From NCBI RefSeq assembly GCF_011045215.1, contig NZ_CP049201.1: DNA of 64,000 bases. One strand, 5' to 3'. The translations under genes and the position numbers were made by a program. The notes under the pieces are model-generated. The model did not search any database. It was given only the letters and a program-made list of their open reading frames with translations, and was not told the origin of the DNA. The stretch comes from Escherichia coli (GTDB lineage: Bacteria; Pseudomonadota; Gammaproteobacteria; Enterobacterales; Enterobacteriaceae). Positions 8,378 to 19,528 of this stretch are shown piece after piece. Each line of letters opens with the position of its first letter. The stretch's first letter is position 1.

Positions 8378-9661
8378 ATGGATTTCCAGTTATATTCGCT
8401 CGGCGCAGCGTTGGTGTTTCATGAAATATTTTTTCCTGAATCATCAACGGCAATGGCGTTAATTCTGGCAATGGGAACCTACGGTGCAGGTTATGTCGCG
8501 CGTATTGTCGGAGCATTTATTTTCGGCAAAATGGGCGACAGAATAGGGCGTAAAAAAGTGCTCTTTATTACCATCACCATGATGGGGATCTGTACCACCT
8601 TAATTGGTGTGTTACCGACCTATGCACAGATTGGTGTTTTTGCACCCATCTTGCTGGTGACGCTGCGTATTATTCAGGGATTGGGTGCAGGTGCGGAAAT
8701 TTCCGGTGCCGGTACGATGCTGGCGGAATATGCGCCAAAAGGTAAGCGCGGAATTATCTCCTCATTTGTGGCTATGGGAACTAACTGCGGAACCTTAAGC
8801 GCAACGGCAATCTGGGCCTTTATGTTCTTCATTCTCAGTAAAGAGGAACTGCTGGCGTGGGGATGGCGTATACCGTTCCTGGCGAGCGTTGTCGTGATGG
8901 TCTTTGCTATCTGGTTGCGTATGAATCTGAAAGAAAGCCCGGTCTTTGAGAAGGTTAACGACAGCAACCAACCAACAGCAAAACCTGCACCTGCTGGTAG
9001 CATGTTCCAGAGCAAATCCTTCTGGCTGGCAACAGGGCTGCGTTTTGGTCAGGCAGGTAACTCCGGATTAATTCAGACTTTCCTTGCAGGCTATTTAGTG
9101 CAGACGTTATTGTTTAACAAAGCAATTCCAACAGATGCATTGATGATCAGTTCGATTCTCGGCTTTATGACCATTCCGTTCCTTGGTTGGTTATCCGATA
9201 AAATTGGTCGCCGGATCCCGTATATTATTATGAATACCTCCGCGATTGTGCTGGCATGGCCAATGCTTTCTATCATCGTAGATAAAAGCTATGCCCCGAG
9301 CACCATTATGGTTGCACTGATTGTGATTCATAACAGTGCGGTGCTGGGATTATTTGCTCTGGAAAATATTACCATGGCAGAAATGTTTGGTTGTAAAAAC
9401 CGCTTTACCCGGATGGCTATTTCAAAAGAAATTGGTGGTCTTATCGCTTCCGGTTTTGGTCCTATCCTGGCAGGTATTTTCTGCACCATGACGGAATCCT
9501 GGTATCCGATCGCCATTATGATCATGGCATATTCAGTGATTGGTTTAATCTCTGCGCTGAAAATGCCAGAAGTGAAAGACCGTGATTTAAGTGCGCTGGA
9601 AGACGCTGCGGAAGATCAACCGCGTGTTGTAAGAGCTGCGCAACCTTCCAGAAGTCTGTAA
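8378..9661 (+). CDS. ydfJ: MFS transporter YdfJ (apparently N-terminally truncated)
   Basis: 427 aa with an MFS signature (GKMGDRIGRKK loop). The first transmembrane region expected in this family appears to be missing, consistent with a gene interrupted at a prophage junction. Confidence 0.85.
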   Translation: MDFQLYSLGAALVFHEIFFPESSTAMALILAMGTYGAGYVARIVGAFIFGKMGDRIGRKKVLFITITMMGICTTLIGVLPTYAQIGVFAPILLVTLRIIQGLGAGAEISGAGTMLAEYAPKGKRGIISSFVAMGTNCGTLSATAIWAFMFFILSKEELLAWGWRIPFLASVVVMVFAIWLRMNLKESPVFEKVNDSNQPTAKPAPAGSMFQSKSFWLATGLRFGQAGNSGLIQTFLAGYLVQTLLFNKAIPTDALMISSILGFMTIPFLGWLSDKIGRRIPYIIMNTSAIVLAWPMLSIIVDKSYAPSTIMVALIVIHNSAVLGLFALENITMAEMFGCKNRFTRMAISKEIGGLIASGFGPILAGIFCTMTESWYPIAIMIMAYSVIGLISALKMPEVKDRDLSALEDAAEDQPRVVRAAQPSRSL

Positions 9662-9669
9662 ATCCTCAA

Positions 9670-9699
9670 TCCCTTCTCTTACCGGAGAGGGGATTTTTA
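9670..9699 (+). terminator. Putative terminator after ydfJ
   Basis: Imperfect hairpin CCCTTCTCTTACCGGAGAGGGG followed by ATTTTTAT. Confidence 0.35.
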
Positions 9700-9749
9700 T
9701 CCATATAACAAAACATGTAGCTTGCCATATTTAAATTTAAGGAATTGTT

Positions 9750-11210
9750 ATGGGAAATAATTTGTTATCAGCAAAAGCGACACTCCCTGTTTATGATCGT
9801 AATAACCTGGCCCCAAGAATTGTTCATTTAGGCTTTGGTGCATTTCACCGTGCGCATCAGGGCGTGTATGCCGATATTCTTGCTACAGAACATTTCAGTG
9901 ACTGGGGATATTATGAGGTCAACTTAATCGGTGGCGAACAGCAAATTGCCGATTTACAACAGCAAGATAATCTTTATACCGTTGCGGAAATGTCGGCCGA
10001 TGCGTGGACGGCTCGCGTCGTTGGCGTCGTTAAAAAAGCCTTGCACGTACAGATAGATGGCTTAGAAACCGTGTTGGCTGCGATGTGTGAACCGCAAATC
10101 GCGATTGTCTCTCTGACAATCACCGAAAAAGGGTATTTCCACTCTCCGGCGACCGGACAGTTAATGCTCGATCACCCGATGGTCGCTGCCGACGTGCAAA
10201 ATCCCCACCAGCCGAAAACAGCAACAGGGGTGATTGTTGAGGCGCTGGCTCGCCGTAAAGCGGCAGGACTTCCCGCATTTACCGTCATGTCATGTGACAA
10301 CATGCCAGAAAACGGTCATGTTATGCGTGACGTTGTCACTTCCTACGCGCAAGCCGTTGATGTAAAACTGGCACAATGGATCGAAGATAACGTGACTTTC
10401 CCATCAACAATGGTGGACCGTATTGTGCCCGCAGTGACAGAGGATACGCTGGCGAAAATCGAACAACTTACCGGTGTGCGCGATCCTGCTGGCGTTGCCT
10501 GTGAACCTTTCCGCCAGTGGGTAATAGAAGATAATTTTGTTGCCGGACGTCCGGAATGGGAAAAAGCGGGAGCAGAACTGGTTAGCGATGTACTGCCTTA
10601 TGAAGAGATGAAGTTGCGCATGCTCAACGGCAGTCATTCATTCCTGGCGTATCTGGGTTATCTTGCCGGATATCAGCACATTAATGACTGTATGGAAGAT
10701 GAACATTATCGTCATGCGGCGTATGGCTTGATGTTGCAGGAACAAGCGCCGACGCTGAAAGTGAAGGGCGTTGATTTGCAAGATTACGCTAACCGATTAA
10801 TTGCACGCTATAGCAACCCGGCGTTACGTCATCGAACCTGGCAGATTGCGATGGATGGCAGCCAGAAATTGCCACAGCGGATGTTGGATTCTGTTCGCTG
10901 GCATCTGGCGCATGACAGCAAGTTCGATCTGCTGGCGCTGGGCGTCGCGGGTTGGATGCGTTATGTCGGTGGTGTTGATGAACAGGGAAATCCGATAGAA
11001 ATCAGTGACCCACTGTTACCTGTTATTCAGAAGGCTGTACAAAGTAGTGCCGAAGGGAAAGCGCGCGTCCAGTCATTGCTGGCGATTAAGGCGATTTTTG
11101 GTGGTGATTTGCCAGACAATAGCTTGTTTACTGCAAAAGTGACGGAAGCGTACTTGTCTTTATTAGCGCATGGCGCGAAAGCGACCGTGGCGAAATATTC
11201 CGTGAAGTAA
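9750..11210 (+). CDS. ydfI: Mannitol dehydrogenase-family oxidoreductase YdfI
   Basis: 486 aa; N-terminal Rossmann motif ([13 protein letters not shown]) typical of the mannitol/altronate dehydrogenase family. Confidence 0.85.
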   Translation: MGNNLLSAKATLPVYDRNNLAPRIVHLGFGAFHRAHQGVYADILATEHFSDWGYYEVNLIGGEQQIADLQQQDNLYTVAEMSADAWTARVVGVVKKALHVQIDGLETVLAAMCEPQIAIVSLTITEKGYFHSPATGQLMLDHPMVAADVQNPHQPKTATGVIVEALARRKAAGLPAFTVMSCDNMPENGHVMRDVVTSYAQAVDVKLAQWIEDNVTFPSTMVDRIVPAVTEDTLAKIEQLTGVRDPAGVACEPFRQWVIEDNFVAGRPEWEKAGAELVSDVLPYEEMKLRMLNGSHSFLAYLGYLAGYQHINDCMEDEHYRHAAYGLMLQEQAPTLKVKGVDLQDYANRLIARYSNPALRHRTWQIAMDGSQKLPQRMLDSVRWHLAHDSKFDLLALGVAGWMRYVGGVDEQGNPIEISDPLLPVIQKAVQSSAEGKARVQSLLAIKAIFGGDLPDNSLFTAKVTEAYLSLLAHGAKATVAKYSVK

Positions 11211-11217
11211 AAAAAGC

Positions 11218-11238
11218 AATGCCGCCATCGGCGGCATT
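11218..11238. terminator. Bidirectional terminator between ydfI and ydfZ
   Basis: Stem AATGCCGCC/GGCGGCATT with a short loop, preceded by an A-run. Confidence 0.45.
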
Positions 11239-11245
11239 CACACGC

Positions 11246-11449
11246 TTAGTTCATGCCGAGACGAATCAGGTCCAGAGGTGCCAGTTTCTCTTCACAACCT
11301 TCAACAACTACGGTTTTTCCGCGGCGGATTTGCTCAGCGGTCAGACCTTCAGTATCAATCGACAGGATCTTGCCAGTGTGACCGGTGCCGCTAACCATAA
11401 CACGGCTGCCAGTGGTGATTGCGTTACGGTTACGATCGTAGGTCGTCAT
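11246..11449 (-). CDS. ydfZ: Small protein YdfZ
   Basis: 67-aa ORF ([27 protein letters not shown]...) matching YdfZ; conserved position between ydfI and rspR. Confidence 0.8.
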
Positions 11450-11625
11450 AGGTGTTTTCTCCTTTCTGATTTACAGTCGAAGCCCACGTAACGGGCGCAA
11501 TATAAATACTCCTGTCGAGTGAAATATTTTTTGTTTTTGATCAAGCTCACATCTTTTTTGATGCATGCATGAGCCATAAGGCGGGGGTAAAGACTCTCAT
11601 CCCGGATGGGATGAGAGGAAATGAA

Positions 11626-12312
11626 TTACTCTTCGCTAAACCAGTCGCTGTTTTCCTGGCGGATCTGGCGCACGGATTCGCTGATTTCCTGCAAATGTTG
11701 CGTCATTGCACGTTCTACCGCATCGCCATCACGTTTTTGCAGGGCAGAGAAAATATCAAGATGCTGGCGTAACAGCATTTCTGGTGGAGAAACATGGTCG
11801 AAACTCATATAGCGCACGCGATCAACGGTCGCTTTCAGGTTCTCAATGGTATCCCACGCCAGTTGACAGTCGGCAATCTGCGTCAGGAGTTGATGGAAGT
11901 TGTCATCAAGTTCAAAAAAATCATCCAGTTGCTTGCGCTCAATGGCAATGCGTTGCTGGTGAAGATTTTGTTCCAGTTGGTAGCACTGGCTTTCAGTAAT
12001 CATGCTCGCCGCCCGACGCGCCACCGCGCACTCAATGGCCTGACGGATAAAACTGCCGTTGCGCACCTGGGCCATGGAAATTTTGTTGACGTAGCTGCCA
12101 CGCTGCGGACGAATTTGAATCAGACCATTTTCCGCCAGTTTAATAAAGGCTTCACGAACCGGCTGGCGTGACACATTGAAACGAACAGAAACTTCTTTTT
12201 CCGACAACGGTGTGCCTGGAGCAATCAGGCAATGGACAATGTCGCGACGAAGGATACGATAAATTTGCTGATTGACAGGCTGTGTGGGATTAAGTTGCGT
12301 TTCGACGGTCAT
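11626..12312 (-). CDS. rspR: GntR/FadR-family transcriptional regulator RspR (YdfH)
   Basis: 228 aa with an N-terminal GntR helix-turn-helix and a FadR-type C-terminal domain. Confidence 0.85.
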
Positions 12313-12400
12313 TCGTTCTTGCTTGTGAGTGAGTTAACTGCATGAGTCTACCACTTTTTTGTGACAAGCAATAACCCGGCAGTTACGCCGGGTATAAAAA

Positions 12401-13147
12401 TTACTGACGGTGGACATTCAGTCCGGCATAGCTTTGGGTAACCGGCATCATTTCCAGGGTATTGATATTGACGTGAGCAGGCAGCGTTGACACCCACCAG
12501 ACGGCTTCGCTGACATCTTCTGGCGTCAATGCAACGGTATTTTGATAGGTTTTTTCCGCTTTACTGTCATCGCCTTTAAAGCGGACATTGGAAAACTCGG
12601 TGCCACCCACCAGACCCGGTTCGATGTCGGTGACGCGCACCGCCGTACCATGCAGATCCGTACGCAGATTCAGGCTAAACTGACGAACAAACGCTTTCGT
12701 CGCACCGTAAACGTTACCACCGGCATACGGCCAGCTACCTGCCGTTGAGCCAATGTTAATAATATGACCATGATTACGTTCAACCATACCCGGTAAGACG
12801 GCGCGCGTCATATATACCAGGCCTTTGTTGTTGGTATCAATCATCGTCTCCCAGTCTTCAACGTTGGCTTTATGCGCAGGCTCCATGCCCAACGCCAGGC
12901 CAGCATTGTTTACCAGGATATCAATATTGCTCCACTCGGCAGGGAGCGATGCCAGCATCTCTTCAATAGCGGCGCGGTTGCGAACGTCCAGTTGGGCGAT
13001 ATACAGATTATCTCCCAGTTCGTCTTTTAACTCCTGCAACCGTTCCTGGCGACGGCCAGTGGCGATAACTTTATGCCCTTGTTGAATAAAACGACGAGTA
13101 ATGCATTCACCAAAACCTGCCGTTGCTCCAGTTACTAAAACGATCAT
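12401..13147 (-). CDS. ydfG: NADP-dependent 3-hydroxy acid dehydrogenase YdfG (SDR family)
   Basis: SDR motifs TGATAGFG and YxxxK. Start placed at MIVLVTGA (248 aa) rather than the longer ORF-track start. Confidence 0.85.
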   Translation of the reverse strand: MIVLVTGATAGFGECITRRFIQQGHKVIATGRRQERLQELKDELGDNLYIAQLDVRNRAAIEEMLASLPAEWSNIDILVNNAGLALGMEPAHKANVEDWETMIDTNNKGLVYMTRAVLPGMVERNHGHIINIGSTAGSWPYAGGNVYGATKAFVRQFSLNLRTDLHGTAVRVTDIEPGLVGGTEFSNVRFKGDDSKAEKTYQNTVALTPEDVSEAVWWVSTLPAHVNINTLEMMPVTQSYAGLNVHRQ

Positions 13148-13283
13148 CTCACTGTTCCTCAACGCTTTTGTGTGTCAATAACATAGCACGTGATGCTTAA
13201 GAGCGGGTAATACTGGTTTGCAAGATTGCACTCCGTTATCAGTAAGCCTACGCTATGGAACACCTCGCGTTCAGGAGAAGAAA

Positions 13284-15329
13284 ATGACAACAATGAATCC
13301 TTTCCTTGTGCAAAGCACATTGCCGTATCTGGCTCCTCATTTTGATCAAATTGCCAATCATCACTATCGCCCGGCATTCGATGAGGGAATGCAGCAAAAG
13401 CGGGCAGAAATTGCTGCCATCGCGCTTAACCCGCAAACGCCTGATTTCAACAATACTATTCTGACACTGGAACAAAGCGGAGAATTACTTACCCGCGTTA
13501 CCAGCGTCTTTTTTGCGATGACTGCGGCGCATACCAATGATGAATTACAGCGTCTTGATGAACAGTTTTCCGCTGAACTGGCGGAACTGGCTAATGATAT
13601 CTATCTGAACGGTGAATTATTCGCGCGGGTAGATGCTGTCTGGCAGCGCCGTGAATCCCTGGGGCTTGATAGTGAATCCATCCGCCTGGTGGAGGTGATT
13701 CATCAACGTTTTGTCCTTGCCGGAGCCAAACTTGCGCAAGCTGATAAAGCAAAATTAAAAGTACTGAATACAGAAGCTGCGACCCTAACCAGTCAGTTTA
13801 ACCAGCGATTACTGGCAGCAAATAAATCCGGCGGTCTGGTTGTGAACGATATCGCGCAGCTGGCAGGAATGAGTGAGCAAGAGATTGTACTGGCGGCAGA
13901 GGCGGCTCGCGAGAAAGGTCTGGATAACAAATGGCTGATTCCGCTGCTGAATACCACCCAACAACCGGCGCTTGCCGAAATGCGCGATCGTGCGACGCGA
14001 GAACAACTGTTTATTGCGGGCTGGACGCGAGCGGAAAAAAGTGATGCCAATGATACCCGCGCTATCATTCAACGTCTGGTGGAGATCCGTGCACAACAGG
14101 CTACATTACTTGGTTTTCCTCATTATGCCGCATGGAAAATCGCCGATCAGATGGCAAAAACACCTGAAGCAGCGCTCAACTTTATGCGGGAAATTGTTCC
14201 AGCGGCGCGTCAACGTGCAAGCGATGAATTAGCCTCCATACAGGCGGTTATCGATAAGCAGCAGGGCGGGTTTAGCGCGCAGCCGTGGGACTGGGCATTT
14301 TATGCCGAACAGGTACGGCGGGAGAAATTTGATCTTGATGAGGCGCAGCTCAAGCCATATTTTGAATTAAACACGGTGTTGAATGAAGGTGTATTCTGGA
14401 CCGCGAATCAGCTCTTCGGTATTAAGTTTGTCGAACGTTTTGATATTCCTGTCTACCATCCTGACGTTCGGGTGTGGGAAATATTTGATCATAATGGCGT
14501 GGGGCTGGCGTTATTTTACGGTGATTTCTTCGCCCGTGATTCAAAAAGCGGCGGTGCATGGATGGGCAATTTTGTTGAGCAATCAACGCTTAATGAAACG
14601 CATCCGGTAATTTATAACGTCTGCAATTATCAGAAACCCGCTGCCGGTGAGCCTGCGTTGTTACTCTGGGATGATGTCATAACCTTATTCCATGAATTTG
14701 GTCATACGCTGCACGGCCTTTTTGCCCGCCAGCGTTATGCCACGCTCTCCGGCACCAACACGCCGCGTGATTTTGTCGAATTTCCGTCGCAAATCAACGA
14801 ACACTGGGCAACGCATCCGCAGGTATTCGCTCGCTACGCCCGGCATTATCAGAGCGGGGCAGCAATGCCTGACGAACTGCAACAGAAAATGCGTAATGCC
14901 AGCCTGTTCAACAAAGGGTATGAGATGAGCGAACTGCTTAGCGCCGCACTTCTCGATATGCGCTGGCATTGCCTGGAAGAAAACGAAGCAATGCAGGATG
15001 TCGATGATTTTGAATTGCGGGCGCTGGTGGCAGAAAATATGGATCTTCCTGCTATACCGCCACGCTATCGCAGCAGTTATTTTGCCCATATTTTTGGTGG
15101 CGGATATGCCGCAGGTTATTACGCTTATCTGTGGACGCAAATGTTGGCCGATGATGGTTACCAGTGGTTTGTTGAGCAGGGCGGATTAACGCGTGAAAAT
15201 GGGCTGCGTTTTCGCGAGGCGATCCTTTCCAGAGGTAACAGCGAAGATCTGGAACGCCTGTATCGACAATGGCGCGGTAAGGCTCCTCAGATTATGCCGA
15301 TGCTGCAACATCGTGGCTTGAACATATAA
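13284..15329 (+). CDS. dcp: Dipeptidyl carboxypeptidase II (M3 zinc metallopeptidase)
   Basis: HEFGH zinc-binding motif; start at MTTMNPF with an upstream AGGAGAAG ribosome-binding site. Confidence 0.9.
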   Translation: MTTMNPFLVQSTLPYLAPHFDQIANHHYRPAFDEGMQQKRAEIAAIALNPQTPDFNNTILTLEQSGELLTRVTSVFFAMTAAHTNDELQRLDEQFSAELAELANDIYLNGELFARVDAVWQRRESLGLDSESIRLVEVIHQRFVLAGAKLAQADKAKLKVLNTEAATLTSQFNQRLLAANKSGGLVVNDIAQLAGMSEQEIVLAAEAAREKGLDNKWLIPLLNTTQQPALAEMRDRATREQLFIAGWTRAEKSDANDTRAIIQRLVEIRAQQATLLGFPHYAAWKIADQMAKTPEAALNFMREIVPAARQRASDELASIQAVIDKQQGGFSAQPWDWAFYAEQVRREKFDLDEAQLKPYFELNTVLNEGVFWTANQLFGIKFVERFDIPVYHPDVRVWEIFDHNGVGLALFYGDFFARDSKSGGAWMGNFVEQSTLNETHPVIYNVCNYQKPAAGEPALLLWDDVITLFHEFGHTLHGLFARQRYATLSGTNTPRDFVEFPSQINEHWATHPQVFARYARHYQSGAAMPDELQQKMRNASLFNKGYEMSELLSAALLDMRWHCLEENEAMQDVDDFELRALVAENMDLPAIPPRYRSSYFAHIFGGGYAAGYYAYLWTQMLADDGYQWFVEQGGLTRENGLRFREAILSRGNSEDLERLYRQWRGKAPQIMPMLQHRGLNI

Positions 15330-15373
15330 ACACCACCAATGGCTGTCCTGGAGATATCGCCAGGCCAGCCTGG

Positions 15374-15892
15374 TTATAGCAGTAACTGCAGCAGCTGGGC
15401 GAGGGCAAACCTCACCGCTAAAGCTAATACCGTTTCGCAGTCGCCAGCAAAATGCATAACCGCAGTGTAGTTCTGGCCTTTAATATGCCACGCGAACCAG
15501 ACGGTACCCGCTGGCGTACCATCTTCACCGCCCTCCGGTCCGCCGTAGCCGGTAATGGCAATACTGACATCAGCATCCGCACGCTCTATGGCACCGGTTG
15601 CCATTTCTGCTGCCACTTTCTCACTCACCGCAGAATATCGTTCAAGAGATTGCTGGCTTACGCTGAGGATTTTCATCTTTGCCTGATCGGTGAAAGTAAC
15701 AAATCCTGCACCGTAAAATTTGGGTGTATCTTCAGCTGCACACAGGGCGCTAGCCAACTTACCGCCGGTGCATGATTCGGCGGTAGTTAAGCGTAATTGA
15801 TCCGCGATAAGTCTTTGACTCAACGCGGATGTCAGGTTTTCAATAGTGTCGGTATCTGCAAGTTGTACAATTTTATTTCTATTAATGTTCAC
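15374..15892 (-). CDS. ydeJ: CinA-like C-terminal domain protein YdeJ
   Basis: 172 aa; CinA/PncC-like sequence. Confidence 0.8.
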   Translation of the reverse strand: MNINRNKIVQLADTDTIENLTSALSQRLIADQLRLTTAESCTGGKLASALCAAEDTPKFYGAGFVTFTDQAKMKILSVSQQSLERYSAVSEKVAAEMATGAIERADADVSIAITGYGGPEGGEDGTPAGTVWFAWHIKGQNYTAVMHFAGDCETVLALAVRFALAQLLQLLL

Positions 15893-16167
15893 TGTTTTTT
15901 GTCCACGCTTTTATATGTAAAGGTGATTTGCTTTTTCTGTATGCTCGTCCAATATAATAATTTCCAAACATATAAATCCGATTATTCTGAAAATATGTTT
16001 AAGACTTTTCAATCTTCTTAACTTTAGTGAGTTAAATTCTCTGAATATTTGACAGCTAGTTGGCTGATTTTAAATGCCTTATAACAATTGGCAGTATTCT
16101 TATTTGGCAATTATAAAAATAGCAACCAGACTTAATAAGTCAAACCAAACGCAATTAAGGAGTTAGT

Positions 16168-16560
16168 ATGAAATTTCAGGCCATTGTATTAGCAAGTTTT
16201 CTTGTCATGCCTTATGCGTTGGCAGATGACCAGGGCGGTTTAAAACAGGATGCAGCGCCACCGCCGCCTCATGCAATAGAAGATGGCTATCGCGGCACCG
16301 ATGATGCAAAAAAAATGACCGTTGATTTCGCAAAAACCATGCACGATGGCGCTTCGGTTTCACTACGCGGTAATTTGATTTCTCACAAAGGAGAGGACCG
16401 TTACGTTTTTCGCGATAAGAGCGGTGAAATTAATGTTGTTATTCCTGCGGCCGTCTTTGATGGACGAGAAGTTCAGCCGGACCAGATGATCAACATTAGC
16501 GGCAGTCTCGATAAGAAAAGCGCGCCGGCCGTCGTTCGGGTCACTCATTTGCAGAAATAA
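16168..16560 (+). CDS. ydeI: Periplasmic OB-fold (YgiW/BOF family) stress protein YdeI
   Basis: 130 aa with a signal peptide; YgiW-family sequence. Confidence 0.8.
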
Positions 16561-16814
16561 AAATAAATTAGCCTGATGGCCTGAACTACTGGGCCATTAG
16601 GGTATTGGGTTATGCTATTTGTCATCCTTTTATTTACGATAATGCAGAGGTAATTTACAGAATTAAACACTTTTTTATCCGCTGATTTTGTTTTAAATCA
16701 CAATGTTATCTCAGAAATGACTCATAACTTCGGATTTCTATGAAAATATTGACGTAATTTTGCTTTTCTCTCGTTAGAATAGCGCACACAAGGAACTGTG
16801 AAAAAGGAGTGGCA

Positions 16815-17705
16815 ATGATCAAGAAGACAACGGAAATTGATGCCATCTTGTTAAATCTCAATAAGGCTATCGATGCCCACTACCAGTGGCTGGTGAGTAT
16901 GTTTCACAGCGTGGTCGCGAGAGATGCCAGTAAGCCAGAAATAACGGATAACCATTCTTATGGACTGTGCCAGTTTGGTCGGTGGATTGATCATCTGGGG
17001 CCACTCGATAACGATGAATTACCTTACGTTCGGCTAATGGATTCTGCCCATCAACATATGCATAACTGTGGTCGGGAATTAATGCTGGCTATTGTTGAAA
17101 ATCACTGGCAGGACGCGCATTTCGACGCCTTTCAGGAGGGGTTGCTTTCTTTTACTGCGGCATTAACCGATTACAAAATTTATTTGCTGACGATCCGTAG
17201 CAATATGGATGTTTTGACGGGATTGCCGGGTCGTCGGGTTCTTGATGAATCCTTTGATCATCAGTTACGCAACGCTGAGCCTCTGAATCTTTATTTAATG
17301 TTGTTGGATATTGACCGATTTAAATTGGTTAATGATACCTACGGGCATTTAATCGGCGATGTAGTATTACGCACCCTGGCAACTTACTTAGCCAGTTGGA
17401 CGCGTGATTACGAAACGGTTTATCGCTACGGGGGCGAAGAATTTATCATTATTGTCAAAGCGGCTAATGATGAAGAAGCATGTCGTGCAGGTGTCAGAAT
17501 TTGCCAGTTAGTCGATAACCATGCCATCACACATTCTGAAGGGCATATCAACATTACCGTGACAGCAGGTGTCAGTCGCGCATTTCCTGAAGAGCCTCTG
17601 GATGTGGTCATTGGAAGAGCAGACCGGGCAATGTATGAGGGTAAGCAAACCGGAAGAAATCGCTGCATGTTTATTGACGAACAAAATGTGATTAACCGAG
17701 TTTAA
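16815..17705 (+). CDS. dgcZ: Zinc-sensing diguanylate cyclase DgcZ (YdeH)
   Basis: N-terminal zinc-binding (CZB) domain and C-terminal GGDEF domain (RYGGEEF); ribosome-binding site AAGGAG; start at MIKKTTEID. Confidence 0.85.
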   Translation: MIKKTTEIDAILLNLNKAIDAHYQWLVSMFHSVVARDASKPEITDNHSYGLCQFGRWIDHLGPLDNDELPYVRLMDSAHQHMHNCGRELMLAIVENHWQDAHFDAFQEGLLSFTAALTDYKIYLLTIRSNMDVLTGLPGRRVLDESFDHQLRNAEPLNLYLMLLDIDRFKLVNDTYGHLIGDVVLRTLATYLASWTRDYETVYRYGGEEFIIIVKAANDEEACRAGVRICQLVDNHAITHSEGHINITVTAGVSRAFPEEPLDVVIGRADRAMYEGKQTGRNRCMFIDEQNVINRV

Positions 17706-17820
17706 GCTCCGTTTAACATTCATTGAGAAAACTGATGCTACTGTGTCAACGATCCGTTATCAGTGCAGGAAAATGCCTGTTAGCGTAAAAGCAAAACACA
17801 AATCTATCCATGCAAGCATT

Positions 17821-17849
17821 CACCGCCGGTTTACTGGCGGTTTTTTTTT
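17821..17849 (+). terminator. Rho-independent terminator after dgcZ
   Basis: Stem CCGCC...GGCGG followed by a T9 run. Confidence 0.5.
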
Positions 17850-17924
17850 CGCCGTCATAAAAATCAGGCCCCTTGTACACAACTGTAACAAGGGGCCGGT
17901 TAGGTGAGGGATTATCTCCGTTCA

Positions 17925-18020
17925 TTAGTCATCCCATTTGTGGCTGAAATACGCGGCCAGAAAACCAGAAAATAAAATTATTCCCAGTACGGCCATAAAA
18001 ACATTCATATTACCCAGCAT
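17925..18020 (-). CDS. mgtS: Small membrane protein MgtS (YneM)
   Basis: Minus-strand translation gives MLGNMNVFMAVLGIILFSGFLAAYFSHKWDD (31 aa), matching MgtS. Too short to appear in the ORF track. Confidence 0.7.
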   Translation of the reverse strand: MLGNMNVFMAVLGIILFSGFLAAYFSHKWDD

Positions 18021-18146
18021 TATTTGCCTCCGTTTATGGTGTGGTGTGTTTCCTCGCTTACCTTAATTTTTATCTCAATGAGAAAGATATTAGCAGAGGT
18101 AACCTAAACGAAGGCTGAATTAAATTTTTATTGTGTTCGACTTAAA

Positions 18147-19334
18147 TCAACAAAGCGCGGGCTGCCCCCACGGTTTTGCACGAATCCCTTTTAACATCAG
18201 CACCCACGCAGCAATGATCACCAACGCTAAGATGATAAACAGCGAGGAAGGCGGCAGGCTGGTTAGCACTACGCCACTCACTAATGGGTTAATCGCGGCA
18301 CCAAGCCAGCCTAAAGACTGGGCGGAAAAATAGCTGGCTTTCATTCCTGGCGGCGCAATATGGTCAATCAACATATACTCGCCCGGCGCATAAATGATTT
18401 CACCGACAGTAAATACCGCAGCTGACATACCCCACAATAGCAGGCTGTTGCCGGAAAAAATAAAACCGACCAGACCGATGACGAAACAGAGGGTGCCAGC
18501 TGTCATCAGCGCGCGGATGTTAGCCGGGTTAAGGCGGCGGCCCACGGAATATTGCAACGTAACCACCATGGCAGCATTCACCGGAAGAACAACCGCGACC
18601 ACCTTTTCGGCAAAATCCCCATCAGCAATCACCATCACATATTGTGAAATGCATGATGCAAATGCGCCGCTAACAAAAGAAGCCAGAAAGCCAGAGCAGG
18701 TAAACCACAACAGTGCTTTATCTTGTAATAAAACTTTCGGCGACCAGACACTGCCTGTTTCCGTGGCGATGATTTTCTCGCTGCGCTTTACCCAAATTTG
18801 AATGAAAAGCATGGGAAACGCGGAACAGATAGCTGCCAGCCAAAAGGGCAGATTGATGCTCTGCATCACCAACAGCGTGCCGAGCGGCGGACCGATGGTC
18901 CAGCCAATGTTGAGCATGGTGTAGTTGATTGAGAAGATTTTCGTTTTGCTGGTGGACGAAAGATTGTCGGCAAACCAGGCTTTCAACACGGTAGCAAAAA
19001 CGGAATAGGCGCAGTTAATGAGGGCAAAAAAGAGCACCACCAGCGTTACGTTATTCACTAAAGGAATGGCAATAAAACCGCTGGCGAAGGCGGTAATTGC
19101 CAGTAACATATAGCGTTTCTTGTCGAACTTATCCGCCAGGATACCAAAACCGAGGCTAAAAACGACGCCAATAGTGAGCGCAATTGTCATCGCATAACCG
19201 ATTAGATCGACACTCAGGCTGTACTGGCGACTCAAGTAAATGGTCATAAATGGCAGCGTAGCGCCGCGTCCGATGGTTAATAACAATGACGAGGCAAGAA
19301 GGGCGCTGGTAGAGCGTCGTAGGGATAAGTTCAT
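18147..19334 (-). CDS. ydeE: MFS efflux transporter YdeE
   Basis: 395 aa; polytopic MFS sequence. Confidence 0.85.
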   Translation of the reverse strand: MNLSLRRSTSALLASSLLLTIGRGATLPFMTIYLSRQYSLSVDLIGYAMTIALTIGVVFSLGFGILADKFDKKRYMLLAITAFASGFIAIPLVNNVTLVVLFFALINCAYSVFATVLKAWFADNLSSTSKTKIFSINYTMLNIGWTIGPPLGTLLVMQSINLPFWLAAICSAFPMLFIQIWVKRSEKIIATETGSVWSPKVLLQDKALLWFTCSGFLASFVSGAFASCISQYVMVIADGDFAEKVVAVVLPVNAAMVVTLQYSVGRRLNPANIRALMTAGTLCFVIGLVGFIFSGNSLLLWGMSAAVFTVGEIIYAPGEYMLIDHIAPPGMKASYFSAQSLGWLGAAINPLVSGVVLTSLPPSSLFIILALVIIAAWVLMLKGIRAKPWGQPALC

Positions 19335-19528
19335 TTGTCTGTCCGGCAGTGCGTTTCGTTATGTTTTGTTTTAGAGATGTAAAGAAATAGCATGGCAAAA
19401 ATCCGAAGTATAGCGACTTATTTGCGCATTAATGCCGTCGTAACCGGCGACTAACGAATCAACTGTTAAAGAAAAGTAAATTCAGCTAAGTTGATTGCTT
19501 ACAAAAGATGAAATTCAGAGGCGGTAGA

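Noticed and set aside
11219-11491. Plus-strand 90-aa ORF overlapping ydfZ
   Set aside because: It is antisense to the recognisable 67-aa YdfZ and has no independent support.
13218-13283. Upstream extension of dcp (ORF-track start at 13218)
   Set aside because: The ATG at 13284 has a good AGGAGAAG ribosome-binding site and gives the canonical MTTMNPF N-terminus; the upstream extension has neither.
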